NCBI RefSeq assembly: GCF_001194135.2
Contig: NC_068985.1
Location: forward strand, 232,775 to 275,709
From: Octopus bimaculoides
Lineage: Eukaryota
DNA: 42,935 bases
Reading direction: 5' to 3'
Shown: in pieces, positions 11,338 to 22,092 of the stretch
How the letters are laid out: each line of letters opens with the position of its first letter
Numbering within the stretch: the stretch's first letter is position 1
Notes under the pieces: model-generated
Database searches by the model: none
The model's input: the letters and a program-made list of their open reading frames with translations, nothing else
What the model was told of the DNA's origin: nothing
Program-made: the position numbers and the translations under genes

Positions 11338-11583
11338 GTGCGGTGGCACATAAAAGACACCATTTCGAGTGTGGCCATTTTCGTGCGGGTGACACGTAAA
11401 AGCACCCACTACACCCTCTGAGTGGTTGGCGTTAGGAAGGGCATCCAGCTGTAGAAACTCTGCCAAATTAGATTGGAGCCTGGTGTTGCCATCCGGTTTT
11501 ACCAGTCCTCAGTCAAATCGTCCAACCCATGCTAGCATGGAAAGCGGACGTTAAACGATGATGATGATGATGATGATGATGAT
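11338..11583 (+). mobile_element. RTE 3' UTR / tail copy with (GAT)n, apparently young
   Basis: ggtggcacataaaagacacc...ggttggcgttaggaagggcatccagctgtagaaac...ccatgctagcatggaaagcggacgttaaacgatgatgat, with CpGs retained. Confidence 0.85.
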
Positions 11584-11813
11584 ATATATATTCCACAAAC
11601 CTAGACTTTATCTCTATAATACTGTAACAAAACTCCGATGGTGTCCTTCAAAGTTCAGCTCAGTGGATTTTCAAACACATTGTCTTTAATGAAAAGTTTT
11701 CTTTTGGAACAGTTGCTGCAGCAAAGGTCTTTCTACATTTGAGTCTGCATGAACGTACTAACTGTAAATGAAGACAACGTCATCGTACAGAAACACACAC
11801 ATGCATGCACACG

Positions 11814-11856
<43 letters not shown>

Positions 11857-11889
11857 TTTACCATTTTGATGACTTTTCCAAATGTTCCA

Positions 11890-12200
11890 TTAGTTGAACA
11901 ATCTATTGATTCAATTTGACTGTAGTCGGTTGAGCCTTCCGACACAGTGTGAGAGAGAAATGGCCATTTGGTCAGAGGCAAGAAAATCAATGGAAGCATT
12001 TGGTAGGGACATGCCATCCATGACCAAGTGGAAGAAAGAATTTCAACCATCAACCATATTGAAGGTGGTTGAGTTCATCCTGGAGATCAAGACCTGGTCA
12101 ATAACGTCTGCAGTGGTTTGATGAGGGTCATCGCTGAGCAGCTTAAGATGATGGAGTTCACAATGAGACATGTGGTGCATGAGGGCCAGTCCCTCGAGAA
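11890..12200 (+). mobile_element. Tc1/mariner transposase N-terminal (HTH) remnant
   Basis: ORF 11894-12121 contains MEAFGRDMPSMTKWKKEF, resembling the mariner 'M...G...PS..TV.KW..EF' motif. It is degenerate downstream. Confidence 0.45.
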
Positions 12201-12959
12201 CTGAAATGACCCTATCATTTATATTACCCCCCCCCATCCCTCAACGAAGATCATTGACTTCCTAGGTTTTCTAATTTAACACCCAGACTGTTGTATTTGT
12301 GATGTCTTCTGTAGTTACAGGCTGACACAAGCACACACCCAGCCTTTCCACTCCTTCATCCAGTGGACTATCAAAGATATATCAGCTGACAAAAGAGAAG
12401 TTAGCTCCAGCAGTGGCTGTTGTGTCTAGACAGTAAACTGGAGTTAAGTGCTTTGCTTAAGAACACAGCATGCTGCTTGCTGCCAGAATCAGCAAGCAGC
12501 ATGTTCTTATGATCCTATGCCCAACACCCATGAGCACAATACCTGTGTATGTGTGTGAGTGTACACATGTGCGTTTGTAAGTGTCTGTTACGATGTCTGT
12601 TTGATGTTATTTGAAGAAACATTGTCTTCCGTTATGTTTGATAGCATAAGTGTCCTAACAAACAGATTCATAAACAGTTAAATACCAGACATAAAAGGAA
12701 ATACTGCAGTTGATATAATTGGCAAAAATTCTTCAAGGTAGAGTTCCAGTATTGCTACAACCCAGTGACTCAAACAATTAAAAAAATAAAAGAGAATATA
12801 CATCCCCACCACACTTATATATCTGTTTCTCTCTCTCTCTCTCTCTGTATACAGACACACAACCATGCATCCAGTAGAAGCCTCTTAATGTGATCAATTT
12901 AGGGTAAAAGACGTTTCGGTAACATTAATCAAAATAACCTTTATGGAAGAGTAGATGAA

Positions 12960-13355
12960 AGATCATTTAAGTAAAGTCTGTTCCATCAAAATTGGGAGTA
13001 GAGGAATATTGGATTAAAGTCTGGGCAGAAGAGAAAAACCCACAATAAAAATGATCCTTGGATTGACAAATTATATACTAACTCAGCCCACACAGAAGAG
13101 CAGAAGTAGGATATCAAGGTAGAGGATGTAAAAAGCCCTCAGAAAAATCAAGCAAATTGAAGTTACCAAGAAAGGATAAAATATCTAATTTTTGGTTGAA
13201 TTCCTTCCTAGAAAGCCATGGACTGTTGATTTGACTCCACAAGAGTATTATGTAGAAACCTGATAAGATGCTCTCTTAGCTAGTTAATGGGGTTACATAC
13301 TTGCTCCCTCAAAAAAGAAGAAATATATGAACCTAAAAACTCTCAACCTGTATAA
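12960..13355 (+). mobile_element. RLE-type non-LTR retrotransposon RT N-terminal remnant
   Basis: Frame-hopping translation KVWAEEKTHNKNDPWIDK...KLPRKDKISNFWLNSF...LVNGVTYLLPQKEEIYEPKNSQP resembles 'PGxDxIxNFWLK...GxTYLLPK...PKNYRPI'. Confidence 0.7.
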
Positions 13356-13361
13356 GATATT

Positions 13362-13540
13362 GATTTCAAATTTTGGCACAAGTCCAGCAGTTTCAGGGGT
13401 TAGAGTAAGTCAATTACATTGACCCCGGAGCTCAACTGCTACTTATTTATTGGCCCTGAAAGGATGAAAAATAAAGTCAACCTTGGCAAAATTTGAACTC
13501 AGAACATAAAGATTGAGGAGACGCTTCTAAGCATTTTGCT
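13362..13540 (-). mobile_element. SINE family 2 copy
   Basis: tttcaaattttggcacaag...aaaggatgaaa...tttgaactcagaac is the reverse complement of the 5591-5790 family. Confidence 0.75.
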
Positions 13541-14247
13541 TTTACTGCTATCAACTCATGTGCACTCGTCACATATGATGGCCTTATTGTCTGTCAGTTT
13601 TACCTGTTACTTTCAATACCTTTTGTGAACTCATAGAAGCAATAGAATTTTTGTAGACACCTTTTTATGCATATCAAAGACTCTACCTGGATGGAAAGAG
13701 GGTCCTGCTTTCTTTCCTGCTAAGTTTATTTTAAATCTTAAACATAGCAAAACCTGAAATCAAGAGGCCTTGAACTTAAAGGTATTGCTTCGATATTTTA
13801 CCAAATTCTTTGAGGATTTCAGGTATGAAAAACTAAATCACAAGTATAGAGTAGTTCCTATGAAGAACCAGTCTTAATTTCCTTTGTTACAGTGTTGAGA
13901 ACTACAATAAACAGGATGGGGTTGAGAATGGCGTCTCAGTGTATAGCTACCCATATGCTAAATGTCTTACTGATAGCAGTGTTATACATGACATGGTATG
14001 TTTTGTAACAAGTTTGTGAATATATATGCTGCTTTTGTATGTTTGTTTGTGCGTGGATATATATTGAGGTGTTACATATAAAGACATATTTACAAACATA
14101 TAAGCACAGAAACCAGTTGTTACTCCACATCAGCAAAAACATCTCTGAATAATCACTAACAGGTTCCAGAAAGCTAACAATTTCCCTCCACATATTCTCT
14201 GCAAATGAACTTAGTTATTATATTCATGATAAATATACTCACACACT

Positions 14248-14249
<2 letters not shown>

Positions 14250-14283
<34 letters not shown>

Positions 14284-14947
14284 NNNNNNNNNNNNNNNNN
14301 NNNNNNNNNNNNNNNNNNNNNNNNNNNNNNNNNNNNNNNNNNNNNNNNNNNNNNNNNNNNNNNNNNNNNNNNNNNNNNNNNNNNNNNNNNNNNNNNNNNN
14401 NNNNNNNNNNNNNNNNNNNNNNNNNNNNNNNNNNNNNNNNNNNNNNNNNNNNNNNNNNNNNNNNNNNNNNNNNNNNNNNNNNNNNNNNNNNNNNNNNNNN
14501 NNNNNNNNNNNNNNNNNNNNNNNNNNNNNNNNNNNNNNNNNNNNNNNNNNNNNNNNNNNNNNNNNNNNNNNNNNNNNNNNNNNNNNNNNNNNNNNNNNNN
14601 NNNNNNNNNNNNNNNNNNNNNNNNNNNNNNNNNNNNNNNNNNNNNNNNNNNNNNNNNNNNNNNNNNNNNNNNNNNNNNNNNNNNNNNNNNNNNNNNNNNN
14701 NNNNNNNNNNNNNNNNNNNNNNNNNNNNNNNNNNNNNNNNNNNNNNNNNNNNNNNNNNNNNNNNNNNNNNNNNNNNNNNNNNNNNNNNNNNNNNNNNNNN
14801 NNNNNNNNNNNNNNNNNNNNNNNNNNNNNNNNNNNNNNNNNNNNNNNNNNNNNNNNNNNNNNNNNNNNNNNNNNNNNNNNNNNNNNNNNNNNNNNNNNNN
14901 NNNNNNNNNNNNNNNNNNNNNNNNNNNNNNNNNNNNNNNNNNNNNNN

Positions 14948-14998
<51 letters not shown>
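14250..14998. repeat. (AG)n microsatellite flanking assembly gap 14284-14947
   Basis: (AG)n on both sides of a 664-N run. Confidence 0.95.
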
Positions 14999-14999
<1 letters not shown>

Positions 15000-15925
15000 A
15001 TGGAATAAGTTGAATCACACATTTAAATGTACGCCTCTTCAATGAATTGGCAAAACATACAATTTGGAAAATGTTTTGGAAGGGGGAATAAGAATTATCA
15101 AGATGTTAACCTAGTATAATTTGGATAACTTCTTAACAAGAATTTCTCAATTAATTTAACCATTTAAACAAACTTAAGCTTTTATAAACATTTCTCATCT
15201 AAAATATTTCTATCAAAAAGCCAGAAAAAAGTATTAAAACATTACTACAGCAGTAATAGTGGTATATTTTAGAGAGCAAGGAACCTTATGTAATTAAACT
15301 ATTTACATTTGCTGAAATTTAATGTTTTAAATTATCAAAATTTCAAGTTCAAAATATATATTAAATTGAAATTATTAAAGATAAAACTAACATTTCAATT
15401 ATTAAAAAAATCTGGTAAAATAATTCTTTTAATTATCAGAAATCATGACGAGACTTCTGAAGTCAAATAACTGAGTAAGTACTGTAACACCTTCGTTTGT
15501 TGTAAGTCAGTTTTACATACACAAAAACTAATAAATAAGTAAACTTGATTTTTGAAGCAATAATAATTCTAAACTTTGATAGAGAAGTCAGTGTCAAGAA
15601 GGCAACATAATTATAGATTACTATAGATTTGATTGCAACAATTATACTGCTGTTGCCCTGTTGTTTGTGAACCTGATGGTTTAAGATCATGAACAGTTTA
15701 AAACAAGTACTTTACATCTTTAATGCAAAAACAAGTGGGATGTATGGGTAAATAAAGAACCATGTGATTGTAACTACCACAAGGTTTAATGCTTGTATAC
15801 AAGTTTATAGCAATAATCTTCATTGGATGTGAAGCAGTTAGGTATGCTTCAGTCACTAACAAGTTCTAGTATCTCTTTGTATGCTGGCATGAAACCATTG
15901 GTTACCCTACCCCCATACACGTAAG

Positions 15926-15983
15926 ATGAGGTGTTGAAAAGTTCCTGGCTTTCAGTAAAAGAAAATACTGGATGATCAATTAA
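15926..15983 (-). mobile_element. Mariner-derived MITE, 3' half (split by an RTE insertion)
   Basis: gaggtgttgaaaagttcctggctttcagtaaaagaaaatactggatgatcaattaa matches the reverse complement of 8780-8845. Confidence 0.75.
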
Positions 15984-17669
15984 TACTTGAAGCATTTGAT
16001 GAAAAAGAGGAAGATATAGTGGCGTATAACATCGAGGACAACTGGAGGTTCCTATGGGACAACTTGCTGAAGGCTACTGACCAAATTTGTGACTGGTGCA
16101 AAGTCCCTTCTCAACCTAAGATGACATGGTGATGGAACTGTGTAGTTGACAAGGCCATTTGAGAAAAGAAACAGGTCTGGAAGGACTGGAAGTGTGGTGG
16201 TAGCCGGGAACTGTATCAGATAGCCTGAAGGGAGGCTAAGGGACAGGTATATTTAGCAAGGGGGAGAGCAGAAAGGAAGAAGTTTACCAATGTTCTGTGA
16301 TGTGAGAACCAGAGACTTAAAGTGTTTTGGATTGCAAAACTGTGTGTGAGAGAGAATCATGATGTCATAGGAGAGAAATGTGTCTCCATGGATGATGGTT
16401 CACTTGCATTTAATATTTCTGCAAAGGAAGAGACTTGGAAATGCCATTATGAATGATTGCTAAATGTGGAGAACGAATGGGAGAAGGAGAGTTTGCCAAA
16501 TGTAGACCAAGCTGAGAGATCAGCTATCTGAATCAACAGTGGCTTGGTAGATAAAGCAATTAAGGAAATGATGACAGGGATAGCCCCTGGCCCACCAGGA
16601 ATCACCATTGAGATACTTAAAATATCTGGTGGAGTAGGATATGGCCTTGTCCCCCCCCCCCCATATAGTTAATCAGGTTGTCTGTGAGAGAGTCACTCCC
16701 AAAGATTGGTGTGATGGCATTATAGTTAACTGCTGTAAAGGCAAAGGTGATGCCTTAGACAAAAATAATTAGAGGCATTAAATTGCTGGACCAGGAGATG
16801 AAAGTCGCAGAAAGGGTCAGAGCTTAATTAATTAGGAAGTGAGTTAGCATAAATGAGATGCAGTTGGATTTGTGGCAGGTAGGAGCATGACTGATGCTAC
16901 ATTCCTGGTTAGGCAAATGCAGGAGAAGTATTTAGCCAAAATAAATCTCTGTACCTGGCTTTTGTCAATATGGAGAAAGCTTTTGACAGGGTACCCCACT
17001 CCCTTATCTGGCAGCCAATGCAGAAGTTAGGGATAGATGAGTGGTTAGTGAGAGTGGTACAAGCCATGTACAGAGATGCTACCTGTAAGGTGAAGGTTGG
17101 CAATGAGTGTAAATGGTTTTAAGGGGAAAACTGGGTATAAGAGGCATCAGATGTTGCATGTGAGAGAGAAGACTCAGTTGGTTTGGTCATGTGATGCATA
17201 CGGATGAGGACAGCTGCATGAAGAAGTGTCAAGCTCTAATTGTGAAGGGTACCTGTGGAAGGGGTAGACCCAGGAAGATGTGTGGGACAAAATGGTGAGA
17301 AAGGATCTTCAGATGCTGGGCCTCACTGAGGAAATGACAAGGGACTGAGACTAGTGGTGATTTTGCTGTACTTGAGAAGGCATCTCAAGCTAAGTAAAAT
17401 TCGCTATTACCCATACATATGGGTCCGTCCTTTCAGGTGCCAGTGCCACATAACAAACCCCTGTGCCAGTGCTGCATTGATGCACCCATGCTGGTGGCAC
17501 ATGAAAAGCATGCAGTACACACTTAAGTGGTTGGCATTAGGAAGGGCATCCAGCCGTAGAAATCATGCCACAACAAACAGTTGAGTCTGGACAACTCCCT
17601 TGCTAGCCAGTTCCATGTCAAACTGTCCAACCCATGCCAGCATAGAAAGCAGATGTTAAACGATGATGT
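15984..17669 (+). mobile_element. RTE-clade LINE, 5'-truncated, internally deleted, with 3' UTR and (GAT)n tail
   Basis: Decayed ORF2: EETWKCHYE*LLNVENEW, APGPPGITIEILK, LVRQMQEKYLAK..LYLAFVNMEKAFDRVP. It jumps near 17110-17125 to LGIRGIRCCM*ERRLSWFGHV...GRPRK, then the 3' UTR ending gttaaacgatgatg. Confidence 0.9.
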
Positions 17670-17797
17670 TTATGATTTCCATTATGATAGCAGTCCTTCA
17701 GTTTTTCTAAGTCCTGTAAAAGAACTCAGAAGGTTGGGCTTCCAACCAGGCCTTTCGTCATACCCCTGATGCATGGAACTTTTCAGCACCACCTCAT
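17670..17797 (-). mobile_element. Mariner-derived MITE, 5' half (split by an RTE insertion)
   Basis: Reverse complement atgaggtggtgctgaaaagttcc...ctgagttcttttacaggacttagaaaaactgaagga matches 8620-8720. Confidence 0.8.
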
Positions 17798-18127
17798 GTG
17801 TGTGTGTGTGTGTATGTAAGTTGTCTAAGAGTCCATAAGTCAGGAAAAATTGCACTCTTGTATCTGTCAATTGAGTTTGTCTGTCTGTCTGTCTATCTTT
17901 CTCCTCTCCCTCTCTCTCCCAGTGTGTGTGTGTGTGTGTGTGTGTGCATGTGTTTGTGTGCATATATGTATGTTTATATTTTTAGGGTACAAAAATTGGA
18001 GCCTTGATAAGTTTGACAATAAACCATTTGAACAGTTTATCTTTACGTGAATATCAGTATAAATAATAGCTTTTAATGCATTGGGTTAAATGTCTAAAAT
18101 ATTATAAGTTATTAATTACAATGATAA

Positions 18128-18347
18128 TCACTTTAGAATATACCATTGAAAGGTGTCATGCAGACTGGCAAGTAAAAGCACTCATTACACTCTTGGAGTG
18201 GTTGGTGTTAGGAAGGGCATCCAGCCATAGAAAACAGTGCCAAATCAGACTGGAATCTGGTGCAACTTTCCAGCATACCAGCCTGGACACACTGTGCAAC
18301 CCATGCCAACATGGACAACGGATGTTAAATGATGATGATGATGATAT
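18128..18347 (+). mobile_element. RTE 3' UTR / tail fragment with (GAT)n
   Basis: ggttggtgttaggaagggcatccagcc...ccatgccaacatggacaacggatgttaaatgatgatgat. Confidence 0.75.
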
Positions 18348-18559
18348 ATATATGTTTTGGCCGGTCAGAGAGTGACCATTAGTTTTGCACCTATGAAGAT
18401 CCTATATGAACTCTGCATAGGTGACCCATCAAACTCAAATGGCCAAAAGCACATAAGCTCTCTCTACAATTGGAGGGATGAAAACATCATGGTCAGTTAA
18501 TTTTGTAAACAAAAGATTCCAGAGTGAAACTCTACTGACAAAACCCCAGGGAAGGTGAA

Positions 18560-19265
18560 GTTATCCCTCTTAAGGACTGGTATGTTTGTTTAATAGACAC
18601 AACTTAAGAGCCTCTTTCGCATGCCCAATGTAACAAAAATATTAGTGAGCACCATTAACCCATAAGCAGACAGGATGCTCATGCAGGGTTAGCAATGAGT
18701 GCCCAGCGGGGAGTTGATGCCACTCCAAAGATGTGGTGTAAAAGTGTGAGGTAGTGACCAACACTGATGGCCACAGTGACACCGACAACAACAGTGCCAG
18801 CAGTTGCACCTGCCCCATGCCAAGCAGCAGCTGCAACAACAGCAATGATGCTGACAGTGGTAGCAACAGTAGCCTTGTTGGAACTGCAGCACTAGGATCA
18901 CATCCAGCAACAGCACTAGAGCACAGACACGGAAATATGTCAGGTTGACAGGTGGTCCATTCGAGCATTGTCTGGGCAACTAGAGGTTCTCCCTTAGGAT
19001 GCCAGGGAGATGCAACATCACATCCCTGGCCAACTGCATATGGTATTTACAAAAGGAGGATATGCCATACACAATTGAACTGCAGCTCCTAGAACAACTG
19101 GGGTCACATCTCAATGGAAGCAAACCTTGTAGTCTTTGCTTGGCTGAGAGGAAGAATCTTGAAAAACTCACTCAATTTGAGGATCTTTTAGACTCTGAAA
19201 AAGTGATGTTTAGTCAGTGCCCTCATCAAAGGAAAGTTCATGTTGGAAACATGGAATACACCATC
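18560..19265 (+). mobile_element. Penelope-like element C-terminus (Cys-rich linker plus GIY-YIG endonuclease), decayed
   Basis: RMPNVTKI...NECPAG...DVV*KCEV...YVRLTGGPFEHCLGN*RFSLR...TSLANCIWYLQKEDMPYTI...NGSKPCSLCLAERK...SQCPHQRKVH corresponds to the PLE GIY-YIG region and the 'CNLCLxEK...CRHxxK' tail. Confidence 0.8.
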
Positions 19266-19274
19266 TGCTAACTA

Positions 19275-19465
19275 GAAAAATGTTGCCAGCCTTGGGCATC
19301 TCTGGCAGGCCTGTTGTAGACATAACTCATATTGATTTAAGGGATAGGGCATTGGAGGAGGTGATCTTGTGTCAGATGACGAAAGTGTGGAAAAGGGGCA
19401 GAAACAGATGTCTTGCTGCAGAGAAGGTCCATGGTTATCCAGCCAGAGAGAGGGAGACAAAGAGG

Positions 19466-19499
<34 letters not shown>

Positions 19500-19860
19500 A
19501 GAAGAGAAAGAGAGCGAGTGTTAACAAGAATGAGGGCAGAAACAGGTGTGCTGCTGAAGAGGAGGGACAGGGGGGAGTTAACAAGAAAGAGGAATGTGGT
19601 GACTGGTGAGAATCTGGGTATGTAGAGGGGAGGGGACGGGGGAAGCAACCATACAGTGACCAGAGTAGCAAGGACTGGATTGGGGTGTGGGAGAGGAAGT
19701 GTGAGGAAGAGAAGAGAAACAGTTTGGGAAGGGGGGATGTAGTTTGGTTTGTTGGGGGGTAGGGTGTGTGAAAGTTTTATTGTTACGTGTGGGAGGGAAA
19801 CAATGCTTCTAGAACTCAGGTTCGCTGACGTGGGTGGGTCTTTTCTAGAACCTTATATCA
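19275..19860 (-). mobile_element. Probable RTE 5' UTR / ORF-start fragment, pyrimidine-rich on the minus strand, includes (AG)n
   Basis: Minus strand reads ttctagaaaagacccacccacg...aacctgagttctagaag...ccctcccacacg, a C/T-rich tract, then atgtctacaacagg...gatgcccaaggctgg. It resembles RTE 5' regions as I recall them and abuts the RTE body. Confidence 0.45.
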
Positions 19861-19864
19861 CCAG

Positions 19865-21780
19865 ACATCTTGGTCCAGAGTCATTTCCTCCATGTGTCCC
19901 TACATCCTGAGATCAGTCCTTACCACATCATCCCATGTCTTCCTGGGTTTCCCTCTTCCACAGGTGCCATCCACTTTCAGTGATCAGCACTTCTTTATAC
20001 AGCTGTCTTCATTCATGTGCATCACATGTCCAAACCAAAGTAGTCTTCTCTCTTGCATGCTGCATTTGATTCCTCTTATGCCTGACTTTTCTCTCAACAC
20101 ATTTACGCTTTGTCGTTCCTGCACATTAATACTGCACATCAAGCAGAGCATACTGCCTCCATGTCCTCTGTGCATGTCCTCTGCATTCAGAGCCCATGTC
20201 TCTCTACCATGGAGTAGAGCCGTTCATACACAAGCATCATACANNNNNNNNNNTCTACCATGGAGTAGAGCCGTTCATACACAAGCATCATACAATCTAC
20301 CTTTCACTCTGAGAGAGAGAGAGTCGTTTTGCTGCCAACAGAGGTAGAAACTCCCTGAACTTTACTCATCCTACTCATATTCTAAAAACAATACTGCCAG
20401 AGCATCTACCCCCCCATTACTTATTTGATCACCTAGGCAACAGAACCTATCTACTACCTCGAGAGAGCCTCCTGGGAATTTGAAAGAGTCTAAGTCCTGT
20501 CTGCTGTTAGTGCTTATTATTCCTGTACATCTGCTGCACATGAAGGTGACCTTATCTGTTAATCTACCTGTGATTCCACTGCATCTCTTATGTGTCCATA
20601 ACTTACATTTGGTGCAGCAAAAGGAATTACTTCTCACTCTTTTCCTACAAATTGAGCAGGGCCATTTACCTGATGGAATGAAAGACTTATCTGCTTTCTG
20701 CTAACAACTTAGATCTTATCTAGGTTAACTTTAAGGCCCTTTCATTCCAGATTTTGCTTGTATACCTAGAATTTCTTCTCCAATTCTGCTATAGATTCTG
20801 CAGTAAGAGCAAGGTCATCAGTGTATAGTAGTTCCCATGGGCATCCACTTTTGAATTCCTCAGTTATGGCCTGGAGGACTATAATGAATAAGAGTGGACT
20901 AAGAACTGAGCCCTGGTGAACCCCTACTTGTATGCTAAATTCATCACTGCATTCATGGCTGTCTCTTTGCTTTTTATGGCACTATCCACCTCCTTGTTCC
21001 GCCATCATGTCACCCTCAGCCTTGTTGGGACTAGGTACTAACCACAGATTTGCTCTGCAGCCCTCAGTAGATTGTCCCACAGGAACTTCCAATTGTCCTC
21101 TAAGCTATATGTCCCTACCTTCTCTCTTTCGTTAGAGGCTTCCACTAGAATATCTCTAAATTTCTGACAGTTTGCTGGGTCTTTGAGCTTCCATAATCTT
21201 TTCCAGTGTGGTTTATTTCTCCAATCCTTTCTAGGCCAAATTCTGAAGTCATTAACTCGTAGCCTATGTTGGGTTGTACATTATTCACCTGGGAAAGACT
21301 TTACATTTGTGAGCCTCTGCCTATCTCATTGCCTGGTGAGGAGGTAACCAATCTGGCTTATGTGCCCACCAGACTGATAAGCGATTGGGTTGCTGGCTGG
21401 TTTTCTGAAGTTAGTGATGCAGATCATGAGATGATTTGCATCACAGAACTCCAGCAGTCTTGTTCCTTCCTCATTTCTAGGGCCAAACCCCATAACCACC
21501 ATGCACCACATGGAATCCATGGGACTGCTATGCAACATGTCCACTGAAGTCACCAACCATAATAACCAAGTCTCTATCACTTGTTGTTGAGGTGGTCTGC
21601 AGGAAGATCTTGTAGAGTTGGTCATTCTGGTCATCAACCAGCCCAGCCCCATGGCGCATAGGCAGAGACAAATGTAATTTACTTAATAACACTGTCGCAT
21701 ACTCTGACAACCTCACTTACTTTATCTACTCACTTTTCTGCCCACACTACCCACTCCGTCACTTCTGCCTACCCAGAAGA
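19865..21780 (-). mobile_element. RTE-clade LINE (APE endonuclease, partial RT with embedded PHD finger), internally deleted
   Basis: APE: DLVIMVGDFSGHV, GFGPRNEEGTRLLEFCDANHLMIC. RT: QVGVHQGSVLSPLLFIIVL...PWELLYTDDL. PHD: GKWPCSICRKRVRSNSFCCTKCKLWTHKRC...MCSRC. C-terminus: GIRGIKCSMQERRLLWFGHVMHM. Confidence 0.92.
20203..20294. other. 41-bp duplication across a 10-N gap; likely unmerged contig overlap
   Basis: 20203-20243 and 20254-20294 are identical and separated only by 10 N. Confidence 0.85.
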
Positions 21781-22024
21781 ATTTGAACCTATTTACATTT
21801 ATATACATACACACACATATATATATATATGTGTACATATATTTATACATATTTATACATTCACTTGTGTACATATATCTGTCTGACCCACATAAGGAAA
21901 GAAAATTAAATGCTAAATTATAAAAACGATGATAATTTATTACATATATAGTTTTGGGTGATAGAAATATGTAATAAGTTTCCTAGAAATCAAAAGCTGA
22001 GTTTGTGTCATGTGATTGCTGTTA

Positions 22025-22092
22025 TTGTCATCTTCATCATCATCACCATCATCATCATCTTCATCATCACCATCATCATCACCATCATCATA
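22025..22092. repeat. Imperfect (ATC)n trinucleotide repeat
   Basis: Direct inspection. Confidence 0.9.

Noticed and set aside
10588-11466. Long ORFs of 184-277 aa
   Set aside because: They consist of N-runs and (CT)n translated as X, SL or RE repeats and are artefacts.
14174-15042. ORFs of 267-282 aa
   Set aside because: They span the 664-N gap and (AG)n repeats.
13748-15474. Plus-strand mini-exons 13748-13781 and 15440-15474 joining as QNLKSRGLELKEIMTRLLKSNN*
   Set aside because: The first donor is weak, the stop codon falls at the exon end, and no upstream exon chains in phase. Support is insufficient.
18642-18979. Antisense ORFs rich in Leu/Cys resembling a membrane or Cys-rich protein
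   Set aside because: They are reverse-frame readings of the trinucleotide-like insertion in the Penelope GIY-YIG region.
20203-20294. 41-bp direct repeat that could suggest a TSD or CRISPR-like unit
   Set aside because: The identical copies flank a 10-N gap inside an RTE, which indicates an unmerged assembly overlap.
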